Shown here piece after piece: positions 26,940-36,170 of a stretch of 64,000 nt of DNA. The notes below the pieces were generated by a model. That model saw only the letters and a list, made by a program, of their open reading frames with translations, did not search any database and was not told the DNA's origin. The translations under genes and the position numbers were made by a program. Numbering within the stretch: position 1 is the stretch's first letter; each line of letters starts with the position of its first letter. Source of the DNA: Candidatus Altimarinota bacterium (lineage in GTDB: Bacteria > Patescibacteriota > Gracilibacteria > UBA1369 > GCA-2718715); the NCBI GenBank assembly GCA_041242255.1, contig JBESAV010000001.1:603449-667448 (forward strand). The letters are read 5' to 3'.

Positions 26940-29900
26940 ATGTTTTACACAAAACAAATCAAAAAAGGCTTAATGCTCTTTTTGTTTTTGGGAGTTCTTT
27001 CGCTTACTTCCATAGCAAGTGCCGCCACAATCACAGTTAATACCGATGCCGATAACACCACAGCAGGTGATGGTGTATGTACATTAAGAGAGGCGATAAA
27101 TAATTCTAATGGTGATGTAGACACCACTTCAAGCGATTGTACACCGGGAGCAGGCGCAGACACTATTGTATTTGATCTCCCAGGAGCAACTAGAATAACA
27201 GTAGCCACTGAATTACCAGCTATTACAGACACAGTTGATATTGTAGGTCAATCTCAAGGAGCCTCTTCATGTCTAGATAAAAACACTTTAGAAATGGAGC
27301 TCACTACTAGTCAGCAGGGAATATCAGGTTTAATCTTTGACTCTGGTTCAAATGGGAGTTCACTCAGTGGGTTTTACATTCATAATTTTACAGCTGCATC
27401 TTTTTCAGGTTTCGGAGCAGTCGAATTAAACACAGAGGTACAAGTTTCATGTAATGTTTTCGGTATAGACGCTACCGGATCTGTTTCAGAAAATATGTAT
27501 GGGATAATTGTTGAAGGAGCAAATTCTGTAATCGGAGGGCCAAATCCAGAAGATGGAAATGTAATTTCAGGTAGTGCTATAGATGGAGTCAGAATTTCTG
27601 GTGCTTCTACAACAAATGTAACCGTATCGAATAACTATATTGGTACTAACATAGCTGGATCTTCTGAAATACCCAATCAAAGTCAAGGTGTAAGAACAGT
27701 TTTAAGTTCTCAGGCAGAGATAGGACCCAACAATGTTATCTCAGGTAACAACTCATCAGGGATAAGAATTACTTCACCAAATGTAAATGTATTTGGGAAT
27801 ATTGTTGGTCTTAATGCAGCTGGAGATGCAGCTATACCAAACAGCACTGGAATATTCTCAACTGCAGGTGACTTAATTATAGGAGGTGGTACTGAAGCTG
27901 ATAGGAATATTATCTCTGGTAATGATGCGTCTGGTATATTTATTGACACTTCAGATTCTAACATCCAAATCCAAGGTAATTATATAGGAGTTAGTCAAGA
28001 TGGCTCAGCTTCTATAAGTAATGGCGGTGATGGAGTTAACATCGAAGCTATTGCCCCAATTTTAATTGGAGGTGATACCCTTGGACAGGGTAATGTTATT
28101 TCAGGGAATTCCGGTAATGGTATTCATACTCAAAACAATAGTAATGGTGCAGAAATTAAAGGGAATATAATAGGTTTAAATGCTGCTGGTGATACTGCAG
28201 TTCCTAATTTATTTGACGGGATACTTGGTAGAGCTAACAACCTAGTTATAGGTGGAGACACTATTGCCGAAAGAAATATTATTTCAGGAAATGGTAGCGA
28301 TGGTATTGAAAGTTCATTTTTCTACTCTGGTCATACAATCCAAGGTAATTATATAGGAGTTAGTCAAGATGGCTCTTCAGATATTGGTAATGGAAGTACT
28401 GGTATCACAGCAACAGATAGCCAAATTGGAGGTCTCAATCCTGGTGAAGGAAACATAATTTCAGGAAATGGTGATGTAGGTCTAGACATTTCATCAGGTA
28501 CGATTCAAGGTAATTTAGTTGGACTAAACGCATCTGGAACCTCTGCTATACCAAACGACACTGGTGGAATATCTGCATTTGGAACAGCAGTTGAAGAAAA
28601 TATAATCTCAGGAAACACAGGTGTAGGTTTGGAGCTTGGAGGTGACAATGCAACTATATTTGGTAATTACATTGGAACAAGTTCAGATGGTACATTTGCA
28701 GTACCCAACACATCTCATGGAGTAGTTTTATCAGGTGATTCTATTCAGGTAGGTAGTACTGTCTCAGGTGAAGAAAATATAATCTCAGGAAACGGAGGTT
28801 CAGGTATAGTTTTAGATGGTACCAACATTGATATAATAGGTAATCTGATCGGTGTTTCAATCACTGAAGACGCAACAGGAAACGAGGAGTCTGGTATACA
28901 GGTTATACAGCAGTCGGAACAAGTATTTGATGGTGACGGATTTGTTACCGAATTTTCTCCATCAAATAACATCACTATCGGTGGATTAACTTCTGACCAC
29001 TCTAATACAATATCCGCAAATAGTATTGCAGGAATTTTAGTAGATGATTCAAACACTAATATTTCAATTTTAGGAAATAATATCGGAACTGATAGTTTAG
29101 GTAACGTAGTCCCAGGTGACTTGGTAAATGATGCATTAGGTAATGGGCAATTCGCTTCAGCAGGAGAAGATTTCGGAGGTATCATTGCTAGATCTTCTTC
29201 AAGTGTATCAATAGGTAACGCAGACGGTTCAGGAGCAAATGTAATAGCTGGTAATACTGGTCCTGGAATCTTAGTTTCGCAAAATCTAACTCTTGCCGAA
29301 TCAACAGTTACAATATTATCTAATTCAATATTTAGTAATTCTGGTCTTGGGATCGACTTAGCAAATGACAGTGACGGTGACGGATTCTCAGAGTTAGAAC
29401 AGGATGCCACATTAAACGACGCTGGCGATGTAGATACTGGTGCTAACTCACTACAAAACTTTATAGAATTAACAGCTAAAACCGACAACGGTGCCAACTA
29501 CACTGTAGACTATACTTTGGATACAATCTCAGGTGACTATCTTGTTCAGTTTTACGAAAGTTCACAAGCAGATCCAAGTAATTATGGAGAAGGTGAAACT
29601 TTATTAACTTCAGAAAGCATTACTCATACAGGTGGTGGTTCTGAGTCTTTCACTGCAACTTTCTCAGTTACTGAACCAACTACATTAGTAGCAACTGTAA
29701 CTCAAGACCTAGGTGGAGGATCATACGGAGCGACTTCAGAGTTCAGCTCAAATGAAATTATAGTAGAGGAACCAGCTCCTGCTCCAAGCGGAGGAGGAAG
29801 CAATGGTTCAGGTGTTGATGCAAGCAATACAAATCCATTTGGAGGAGAAGACCAAGGTTCATCTGAGCCTGACCAAGAAACTCAACCAGACGTAGCCGAC

Positions 29901-30374
29901 AATTTCTTACCAGATGAATGTAATTACGAAAGAGCCTTAAAAGAAATAGAAAAGTTCGACGGATTTGATCAAGAAATCTCAAGGTACGAAGCTCTTCAAT
30001 ATGTTCTTATCATTAACTGTATTGGACTTGATGAACTTCCACAAAACCCAGCTGACTATCCTTTCTCAGATATCAATCTAGAAAGCGAAAAACTAGCTAG
30101 AGTTTTATATACAGGATACAACAGAGGAATAGTAAAAGGATATCCAGACGGAACATTCCGCCCAGCAGATCCAATTAACTACGTTGAGCTTCTCGCTATC
30201 AATGCTAGAGCTCAAGGCCTAGCTACTGACTCTCAGGAGGACGGTACAGAGTGGTATAGCTCATACTTAACTCTTGGTCTAACTATCCGTCTAGCCATCT
30301 CAGGAATAGATTATGCAGACCCAATCACAGGTGACACTTTCTACCTAATCACTACAACCTTCCTAAACAGCTAA
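26940..30374 (+). CDS. giant secreted surface protein: CSLREA-type N-terminal domain, many parallel beta-helix repeats, Gly/Ser/Pro linker, C-terminal SLH-type module
   Basis: 1144 aa with a signal peptide. N-terminal GDGVCTLREAINNSN. More than 15 repeats of NxISGNxxxGI / IQGNYIG. The C-terminus is homologous to that of 19461-22094 (GYPDGTFRPADPINYVEL). Confidence 0.85.
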   Translation: MFYTKQIKKGLMLFLFLGVLSLTSIASAATITVNTDADNTTAGDGVCTLREAINNSNGDVDTTSSDCTPGAGADTIVFDLPGATRITVATELPAITDTVDIVGQSQGASSCLDKNTLEMELTTSQQGISGLIFDSGSNGSSLSGFYIHNFTAASFSGFGAVELNTEVQVSCNVFGIDATGSVSENMYGIIVEGANSVIGGPNPEDGNVISGSAIDGVRISGASTTNVTVSNNYIGTNIAGSSEIPNQSQGVRTVLSSQAEIGPNNVISGNNSSGIRITSPNVNVFGNIVGLNAAGDAAIPNSTGIFSTAGDLIIGGGTEADRNIISGNDASGIFIDTSDSNIQIQGNYIGVSQDGSASISNGGDGVNIEAIAPILIGGDTLGQGNVISGNSGNGIHTQNNSNGAEIKGNIIGLNAAGDTAVPNLFDGILGRANNLVIGGDTIAERNIISGNGSDGIESSFFYSGHTIQGNYIGVSQDGSSDIGNGSTGITATDSQIGGLNPGEGNIISGNGDVGLDISSGTIQGNLVGLNASGTSAIPNDTGGISAFGTAVEENIISGNTGVGLELGGDNATIFGNYIGTSSDGTFAVPNTSHGVVLSGDSIQVGSTVSGEENIISGNGGSGIVLDGTNIDIIGNLIGVSITEDATGNEESGIQVIQQSEQVFDGDGFVTEFSPSNNITIGGLTSDHSNTISANSIAGILVDDSNTNISILGNNIGTDSLGNVVPGDLVNDALGNGQFASAGEDFGGIIARSSSSVSIGNADGSGANVIAGNTGPGILVSQNLTLAESTVTILSNSIFSNSGLGIDLANDSDGDGFSELEQDATLNDAGDVDTGANSLQNFIELTAKTDNGANYTVDYTLDTISGDYLVQFYESSQADPSNYGEGETLLTSESITHTGGGSESFTATFSVTEPTTLVATVTQDLGGGSYGATSEFSSNEIIVEEPAPAPSGGGSNGSGVDASNTNPFGGEDQGSSEPDQETQPDVADNFLPDECNYERALKEIEKFDGFDQEISRYEALQYVLIINCIGLDELPQNPADYPFSDINLESEKLARVLYTGYNRGIVKGYPDGTFRPADPINYVELLAINARAQGLATDSQEDGTEWYSSYLTLGLTIRLAISGIDYADPITGDTFYLITTTFLNS

Positions 30375-30392
30375 AGCCAAAAATCAACAACT

Positions 30393-30419
30393 AAAAAAGC
30401 CCCGTGTGGGGCTTTTTTT
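30393..30419 (+). terminator. intrinsic terminator
   Basis: aaaaAGCCCCgtgtGGGGCTttttttt. Confidence 0.8.
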
Positions 30420-30672
30420 GTACTCTAAATTAAAATCAGTAAAAACTTAAAAGCAAGAATGATCTTCTTTATACAAATCACAATTGGCAGGCGACCTACA
30501 GCAATGTCTAAACACCTATGTTGATCAGCTTATAGAAAAGCCAGAACTAATAGATGAGTACCAAGAGTTCTTCCAATCAGTACGCGAGGCTATTACTAAA
30601 GAGTCTCTGCATACTCGGAAAAAGTCATCCCTAATATACTAATCCACATCAGGTTCTAAACCCATTATGCAT

Positions 30673-31527
30673 TTATTGGTCTAGGAATTCTTGAAGATTC
30701 TTGTAAGGCTGTTCCCCTGATATGCTTAAACCATCTAAAAGCTGCCTTAAGATATCTCTATTTTCATCAAACAAGTTAGAATAGGTAAATGTCATAGCCT
30801 GTATACTGCCCTCATCACCAGCATAATATCTGTTGTAGTAGGTAAAGTCTGTACCATCGAGCTTAATCTTAGTAATTAGATCTACAAACGCTGTACCATC
30901 TTTGTTCACAATGCTTTCTTCTATTATTTCAAAACTCTCACTCTCTTCTTGTAGATTGCTTTTAGCTATGCTGACTAAATTTTCTAAACCTACATTAGGC
31001 TTTTCTGCAATAATGATTGCGTAAGAGTCATTACTTGAGTTTAGCTCATACTCGGCGTCACTATTAAAGCTTTCTCTTGATACAGACCACTCTGACGCAT
31101 TGTATTTAAGTGAATAGTTTACTTCTTCCCCAATCAATGTATCTATTACATACATTCCGGTTTCTTCGTATAAATTATCAAAATTTAATGTTGCATCTGT
31201 TTCATCGTATCCTTTCAAACTTAAAAGGACTGACAAAATAAGAGCAATTATCAGCCCAAACCCAAGAAGGAATTTTATCAATATCTCACTTTTTATACTT
31301 TTCTTTACTGCGTATATCACAAGACTTAATCCCATTATTGGGAAAAACAAAGTGGCAAAGTTATAACCCAGAGCTTCTGCATTATCTAATGTGACAAGTC
31401 CAAAGTTAGGTTCTTGAATGTTAGTTATTATTGAAAAGCTAAAAAACAAACCAATAACACCAGCTAGATCTCTCTTATTTAAAGACATAATAAAACTTAT
31501 ATTTAAAAATACCATACAGCTTTGCAA
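30673..31527 (-). CDS. hypothetical membrane protein with extracytoplasmic C-terminal domain
   Basis: 284-aa maximal ORF with TTG start. ATG alternatives at 31515 and 31488 are more likely starts. Four or so TM helices then a soluble domain. Confidence 0.55.
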   Translation of the reverse strand: MQSCMVFLNISFIMSLNKRDLAGVIGLFFSFSIITNIQEPNFGLVTLDNAEALGYNFATLFFPIMGLSLVIYAVKKSIKSEILIKFLLGFGLIIALILSVLLSLKGYDETDATLNFDNLYEETGMYVIDTLIGEEVNYSLKYNASEWSVSRESFNSDAEYELNSSNDSYAIIIAEKPNVGLENLVSIAKSNLQEESESFEIIEESIVNKDGTAFVDLITKIKLDGTDFTYYNRYYAGDEGSIQAMTFTYSNLFDENRDILRQLLDGLSISGEQPYKNLQEFLDQ

Positions 31528-31573
31528 CGGATAAAGTAATTGAAAAAAAACAAGTTGAGTGTATTATTTAAGC

Positions 31574-31690
31574 GTCTCTCAATTAGAATTTATGGCCAAG
31601 GGCTCGCTCACTTTTTGTCTGATATGGACAATGGTGGGCACCTAGCCATATCGGTAGCCCTTCGTGGATTCTGATTGGGAGACCTAGGTG
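31574..31690 (+). ncRNA. unclassified structured RNA element (candidate cis-regulatory leader) upstream of the SLH-nuclease gene
   Basis: 16-bp closing stem 31574-89/31668-83. Inner stems 31596-604/31656-67 and 31621-27/31646-52. Loop segment 31639-45 is complementary to 31684-90. No Rfam family recognised by eye. Confidence 0.45.
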
Positions 31691-31726
31691 TCCTCTTTTG
31701 GAACTGTAATAGATTTAATAAATTTT

Positions 31727-33019
31727 ATGTTTAAGAAAGCTTTATCCAGTACAATTGCTCTTATGCTTTTTGCTACTGCAATCCCTGTTCAAGCACAGCA
31801 GGCAAATGTGCTTAGTGATATCTCACTAGAATCAGATTATTTCGTATCAGTGAATCATCTATACGCCAACGGTGTAATTGGCGGTTATCCTGATGGAACC
31901 TTTAAGCCAGAGAAAACTATCAGCCGAGCAGAGCTCATGAAGGTTGTAGTTGAATCAAACACTGACAACATCGATGAAACCCAGTACCAAAATTGTTTCC
32001 CTGATGTTAAAGAGGACTGGTACGCAAAATATGTTTGCTATGCCCAAGAACAAGGTTGGGTGTCAGGTTATCCTGATGGTACATTTCAACCTGCAAATCC
32101 AGTAAAGAGAGCAGAGGCAGTTAAAATGATAGTAAACGCCTTTAAACTAGACCTAACCTCTACAACAGAACTACCACTTGATGTCCCAGCAGATTCATGG
32201 TTTGCTCCTTTTGTAATTGAAGCACAGTCGAGAGGATCACTAGATCTAGTAGTTGATTCTTTTGGTCCCGCAGAGGATGCAACCAGAGGCTACGTATCAG
32301 ATATTCTATACAAACTCCTCACTGTTGAAGAAACAGGCCTACAATCCTTCGATGAGTACATGATAGAAGGACCTTACTTAGTTACTAGAGTTGTAGACGG
32401 AGATACAGTCGACGTCGAAGCAAACGGTGAGACCATGAGACTCAGGTTGATTGGTGTAGATACACCCGAAACAGTTCATCCCAACAAAGATGTAGAGCTA
32501 TACGGTCCTGAGGCATCTGCGAAGGTAACAGCTGACTTACTCAATACTTACATTCTGCTTGAATCAGACATCACTCAATCGGACAAGGATGTATACGACA
32601 GATACTTAAGATACGTTCGCCTGCTAGATGGAACCAATTACAACGAGCAACTCATTAAAGAGGGTTACGGATTCGAATACACATACGACAACAATCCTTA
32701 CATTTACAAAGACCGCTTTGACGAGGCAGAGCTATTTGCTAACACAAACGGTATCGGACTATGGAATCCTGATTTAGTTGAGGGACAAACCCTGGAAGAC
32801 CTCATCGAGGAAGAGCCAACAGAGAAAAATGATGAACCAACAACTGACAGCAACAGTAATGGTCACGTGTTCTATGTAAGTAGTAAGGCTAGAACTAAAT
32901 ATTACTGTGACACAGACCCATCATGGGAAGATCTCTCGAAGGATAATCTTCTTAGATACGAATCAGAAGCTGAACTAAAAGCTGATTTTCCGGGTTTAGA
33001 GCTTAATCAAGCTTGTTAG
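31727..33019 (+). CDS. secreted SLH-domain thermonuclease (staphylococcal nuclease family)
   Basis: Signal peptide MFKKALSSTIALMLFATAIPVQA, reached from the ATG at 31727 (the ORF track uses GTG 31688). Two SLH motifs (GGYPDGTFKPEKTISRAEL and SGYPDGTFQPANPVKRAEA). SNase core VVDGDTVDV...RLRLIGVDTPET...YGPEAS...DRYLRYV. Confidence 0.85.
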   Translation: MFKKALSSTIALMLFATAIPVQAQQANVLSDISLESDYFVSVNHLYANGVIGGYPDGTFKPEKTISRAELMKVVVESNTDNIDETQYQNCFPDVKEDWYAKYVCYAQEQGWVSGYPDGTFQPANPVKRAEAVKMIVNAFKLDLTSTTELPLDVPADSWFAPFVIEAQSRGSLDLVVDSFGPAEDATRGYVSDILYKLLTVEETGLQSFDEYMIEGPYLVTRVVDGDTVDVEANGETMRLRLIGVDTPETVHPNKDVELYGPEASAKVTADLLNTYILLESDITQSDKDVYDRYLRYVRLLDGTNYNEQLIKEGYGFEYTYDNNPYIYKDRFDEAELFANTNGIGLWNPDLVEGQTLEDLIEEEPTEKNDEPTTDSNSNGHVFYVSSKARTKYYCDTDPSWEDLSKDNLLRYESEAELKADFPGLELNQAC

Positions 33020-33544
33020 AAGACCGGAAATATACAATAATACTCCTAATTTATAAATTAACCATCAATAATGATAGATACAATAATGACAATAATATAC
33101 TTAGTAGGGAAATTTATAATTGGGTTAGTTATTATTGTACTACTCATTTCTATAGTACTTGGAGCAGAGGCAGAATATGAGGAGTCGATAAATAGAGATA
33201 GCAATGATAATTCTTAGATTACTTACTTCGAAGAGCTTACCTTACAAATGGCCACATATTCACAGACAAAGAGGTTAATATATTAAGTAGCTTAAAAGAC
33301 AAAGTAGAAAAATTAAAAGAAATAGAGACCACATACAGATACAACAAGATGATTTAGTACCCTCATACGAAAGTTTTTTTGAACTCGGTGAAAACGTTAT
33401 GTACATGGTATTCTGAGGCCGATGGAGAGTCCAGGATTGAATTAGCAGAAATAATCATTTCGAACTTTTATGTACACGCCGGAGAGGTCTTAGCTGTCGA
33501 GCTAAAAGAACCTTTTCATCTCTTGATAGGCGAAAAATCTCGAC

Positions 33545-33619
33545 TGGCAGGGCTATCAGGATTCGAACCCGACCTTGCGGTTTTGGAGACCGACGTGCTA
33601 CCACTGACACTATAGCCCT
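33545..33619 (-). tRNA. trnW: tRNA-Trp(CCA)
   Basis: Cloverleaf folded by hand. Anticodon loop CTCCAAA, T-loop TTCGAAT, encoded 3' CCA. Confidence 0.9.
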
Positions 33620-33742
33620 TTCTGAACGCAACTAAACTAAACCATCCTGCCACCAAATTCAAGCTAATTCCACACAAAACACAAACACATAACCTCATCC
33701 AATTCTCAACACCAAATACTCCGATCACAACCCCCACAACTC

Positions 33743-34201
33743 CTACTCAAACCAAACAGTGATCTCATAAGCCTCATCATTTTCGACCATTCCACTCGGA
33801 TTTGCCTTTTGAAGTATCAAGCTCCCTCTCTTGCTAAACTCTTCCTCCCAGCTAGGATTCTCAAATTCCAATTCACCCTCAAACCCCACAAATTCTTCCG
33901 TCATCCAGGTCTCTTCACCATCTGCCAGTTCCACGTAACCTTCAATGATGATCAGCCCATCCCAATTGGTCAAACTAACCGGAAAACTCCCTTCAAAAAA
34001 CCAACTACCTCTAGCCATTCCGCTTATCTGGAGTGGGGAAGTCACAGTATCCCCATCAGAAGGTTCTTCAAGGGTAAGAGTTGCATCACCCACTTCATCA
34101 GTAATTACATCAGTATCTCCATCTACCACAACATCCATTTCCTCTTGAGCACAACCAGCCAATACAAAAGCAAAGATACTCAACAACAATAATTTTTTCA
34201 T
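33743..34201 (-). CDS. lipoprotein with Gmad2-type immunoglobulin-like domain
   Basis: 152 aa with lipobox LAGC. SPLQISGMARGSWFFEGSFPVSL...EGYVEL is typical of the Gmad2 Ig-like fold. Confidence 0.6.
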   Translation of the reverse strand: MKKLLLLSIFAFVLAGCAQEEMDVVVDGDTDVITDEVGDATLTLEEPSDGDTVTSPLQISGMARGSWFFEGSFPVSLTNWDGLIIIEGYVELADGEETWMTEEFVGFEGELEFENPSWEEEFSKRGSLILQKANPSGMVENDEAYEITVWFE

Positions 34202-34262
34202 AATAATATCAAATTAATAGCAACACGATTATATCATGCAACCACTATAAAAAGACAATCAA

Positions 34263-34336
34263 TGGAGGCGGCACCCGGAATCGAACCGGGGATAAAGGCT
34301 TTGCAGGCCCCTGCCTTACCACTTGGCCATGCCGCC
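34263..34336 (-). tRNA. trnC: tRNA-Cys(GCA)
   Basis: Anticodon loop CTGCAAA, discriminator U, encoded CCA. Confidence 0.9.
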
Positions 34337-34449
34337 ATTGATAGAACGCAAACAAATTAAACCAAAAACCCGACAAATTCAAGCCAATACTACCGCATTG
34401 ACAAAATCTGTTAAAGTTCTTAAAATTAGCAAAAATAACTTCTCCAAAC

Positions 34450-35169
34450 ATGTCCAACCACAAAAAACCAAATTCACCTGACCACAGCCAATCAAGTGAA
34501 GATTTCTCTAGTGAAACTCACCCAAAAACACCAGATCAAAGAACTCAAAGAAGATTACCAAATAGAAAGGTGGACCAAGGCGGAGGAACATGGGTTGGAG
34601 GACCTAACCGAAGTACTACTACTCCTATTCCACAAAGAAGTAGCCTCGCCAATAAAACTCTTGGTGGCTTAAGACATTTAGCCCAAGAGCTTGGTAAAGA
34701 AGAGCCAATCCTTTCAACACCAGAATTTGATTTATTTGATATTTCAGAACCATCAAATGATCCAGTTGATGAAACTCAACTAATACCCGAAAACTACAAG
34801 AAAAGAATTCAAGCTATTTTAGATAATAATTATTACAAACCACTTCAAACAAATACTGACCCAGAAACAGAATCGGTAATACCAGTGTTATATGACGTGG
34901 ACAGCTACACAGCTTCACAAGTCCCTCATGCTCTTTTAGCTATCTCCCTAATGCTTAACTATATCATAGAAGATATTGAAATATTCAAAGACTACAGTCA
35001 ATTTGTTTCTTCACAGACTAACTACAAATTCAATACAAGCTACATTTTCCATATGGCATCCGAAGAAGAATCCGGTAAAGCTCTAATAAAACAAGTTTTC
35101 GATAACTTCCGATATCAAAACTCAGATTACGAAAACATTCAATACCTAAAAAAATCATCCAACAGCTAA
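34450..35169 (+). CDS. hypothetical protein
   Basis: 239-aa ORF with a low-complexity Pro/Ser/Thr-rich N-terminus. Confidence 0.5.
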   Translation: MSNHKKPNSPDHSQSSEDFSSETHPKTPDQRTQRRLPNRKVDQGGGTWVGGPNRSTTTPIPQRSSLANKTLGGLRHLAQELGKEEPILSTPEFDLFDISEPSNDPVDETQLIPENYKKRIQAILDNNYYKPLQTNTDPETESVIPVLYDVDSYTASQVPHALLAISLMLNYIIEDIEIFKDYSQFVSSQTNYKFNTSYIFHMASEEESGKALIKQVFDNFRYQNSDYENIQYLKKSSNS

Positions 35170-35182
35170 GCTGAATGATTTT

Positions 35183-35268
35183 TGGTACTCGGAGTGGGAA
35201 TCGAACCCACACTCACTAGGTGAACAGGATTTTAAGTCCTGCGCGTCTACCAATTCCGCCATCCGAGC
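35183..35268 (-). tRNA. trnL: tRNA-Leu(UAA)
   Basis: Class II tRNA with a long variable arm. Anticodon loop CTTAAAA, encoded CCA. Confidence 0.9.
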
Positions 35269-35345
35269 AGAAACATCTAGAGGACAAGCCTGCTAAATGC
35301 ACAGAGATATTACAAACCTTTTCCCAAAAACTCAAATCAAAATTT

Positions 35346-35924
35346 CTACTTCACCGCCAAAGTCTTCAAAGCTTCCACCATTTCAGCAGATTGAGCCTCA
35401 GTATCAAGCTCATCAAAAGCTCCAGTTGCTAGCCAAGCTTCATTTTCAGCTACCACCAAAGCTTGCAAGTAAACTAACACATCTCCTTCTAGTTTTCTTT
35501 TTCCAGTAAACTCTACCAACAATCCATTACTAACACTTCCATTTGCTACAGTAGTAAATCTTTCTCGACCAACTTCTTCAGCAATCAGCAGGGATTCTTC
35601 GTTATCTTCCCAAACCGACTCATATGTTTTTTCTAGGCCGCTACTCTCATCAACTGAAAAACTCTCCACTACTATATTAGGTGTAAAAAAAGCATCCTTA
35701 TCATCTTGAACTAAAACAAGCTTAGCACTGCTTTTGTATCTTTCCTGAACCAGCTCTCCATCCAGCAGGTCCCAATTTTTTGGATATTGCATCCTAAACT
35801 CTTCAGTATCATACAAATCATAACTCTCAATAGGTAACTCATTATAGCTTACCAATGCCTCATCCGCTCCACCACATCCACTCAGAAAAACCACGCCTAC
35901 TAATAAAGTCAAAAATTTTCTCAT
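35346..35924 (-). CDS. putative lipoprotein
   Basis: 192 aa with lipobox LSGC. Soluble domain of unknown function. Confidence 0.65.
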   Translation of the reverse strand: MRKFLTLLVGVVFLSGCGGADEALVSYNELPIESYDLYDTEEFRMQYPKNWDLLDGELVQERYKSSAKLVLVQDDKDAFFTPNIVVESFSVDESSGLEKTYESVWEDNEESLLIAEEVGRERFTTVANGSVSNGLLVEFTGKRKLEGDVLVYLQALVVAENEAWLATGAFDELDTEAQSAEMVEALKTLAVK

Positions 35925-35994
35925 TTCATAACATTAAAACACTCATATTATACATGAGTAATACTCAATTTACAGAAAATCAAAGGCTCAACCT

Positions 35995-36156
35995 CTAAGC
36001 CAAACCTTTGATTCTATCCATCAAGTTTTCCGCTTGGTCATAGTCTTCACCTGCAACCGCCTCATTGTATTGTGCTCCAAGTAAAGAACTCTGAAAATTT
36101 TTATTGAGTTCGAAGTTATTATCACCCTCGAACACTATTCTGAAGTAAATATCCAT
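35995..36156 (-). CDS. unannotated 53-codon ORF (or small RNA) behind a CIRCE-controlled promoter
   Basis: MDIYFRIVFEGDNNFELNKNFQSSLLGAQYNEAVAGEDYDQAENLMDRIKGLA, too short for the ORF track. It has its own promoter plus operator upstream and a hairpin spanning its stop codon (36012-36005/35986-35979). Confidence 0.35.
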   Translation of the reverse strand: MDIYFRIVFEGDNNFELNKNFQSSLLGAQYNEAVAGEDYDQAENLMDRIKGLA

Positions 36157-36170
36157 AAGGTAATATTAAA

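Noticed and set aside
26858-27040. 60-aa ORF overlapping the start of the 1144-aa surface protein gene
   Set aside because: It lies in a different frame across the promoter and signal-peptide region of a strongly supported gene and has a basic low-complexity translation.
28745-29497. 250-aa antisense ORF inside the beta-helix surface protein gene. Similar antisense ORFs at 55500-56075 in rny, 12997-13443 in radA, 17178-17555 and 17977-18309 in the 1204-aa gene, and 33809-34192 in the lipoprotein gene
   Set aside because: They are shadow frames of strongly supported genes on the other strand, with low-complexity Ser/Pro/Ile-rich translations and no motifs.
30421-30672. 250-bp unannotated gap containing a 52-codon TTG-initiated frame (…GDLQQCLNTYVDQLIEKPELIDEYQEFFQSVREAITKESLH…)
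   Set aside because: It is protein-like but short, has no ATG start or promoter evidence and no recognisable homology. It may be a gene fragment and is not reported as a feature.
33071-33217. 48-codon ORF encoding a hydrophobic peptide (MIDTIMTIIYLVGKFIIGLVIIVLLISIVLGAEAEYEES…) after the nuclease gene
   Set aside because: It is plausible as a small membrane protein. However, A/T-rich sequence readily yields Ile/Leu-rich frames, and there is no independent support.
33379-33615. 78-aa TTG-initiated ORF, and the somewhat GC-richer unannotated stretch 33380-33544 next to tRNA-Trp. I considered a co-transcribed housekeeping ncRNA (SRP RNA, tmRNA, RNase P, 6S) or a gene remnant
   Set aside because: The ORF runs through the tRNA-Trp gene. 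I found no tmRNA tRNA-like end, no SRP domain IV motif and no RNase P conserved regions. It remains unexplained but unsupported. An Infernal scan would settle it.
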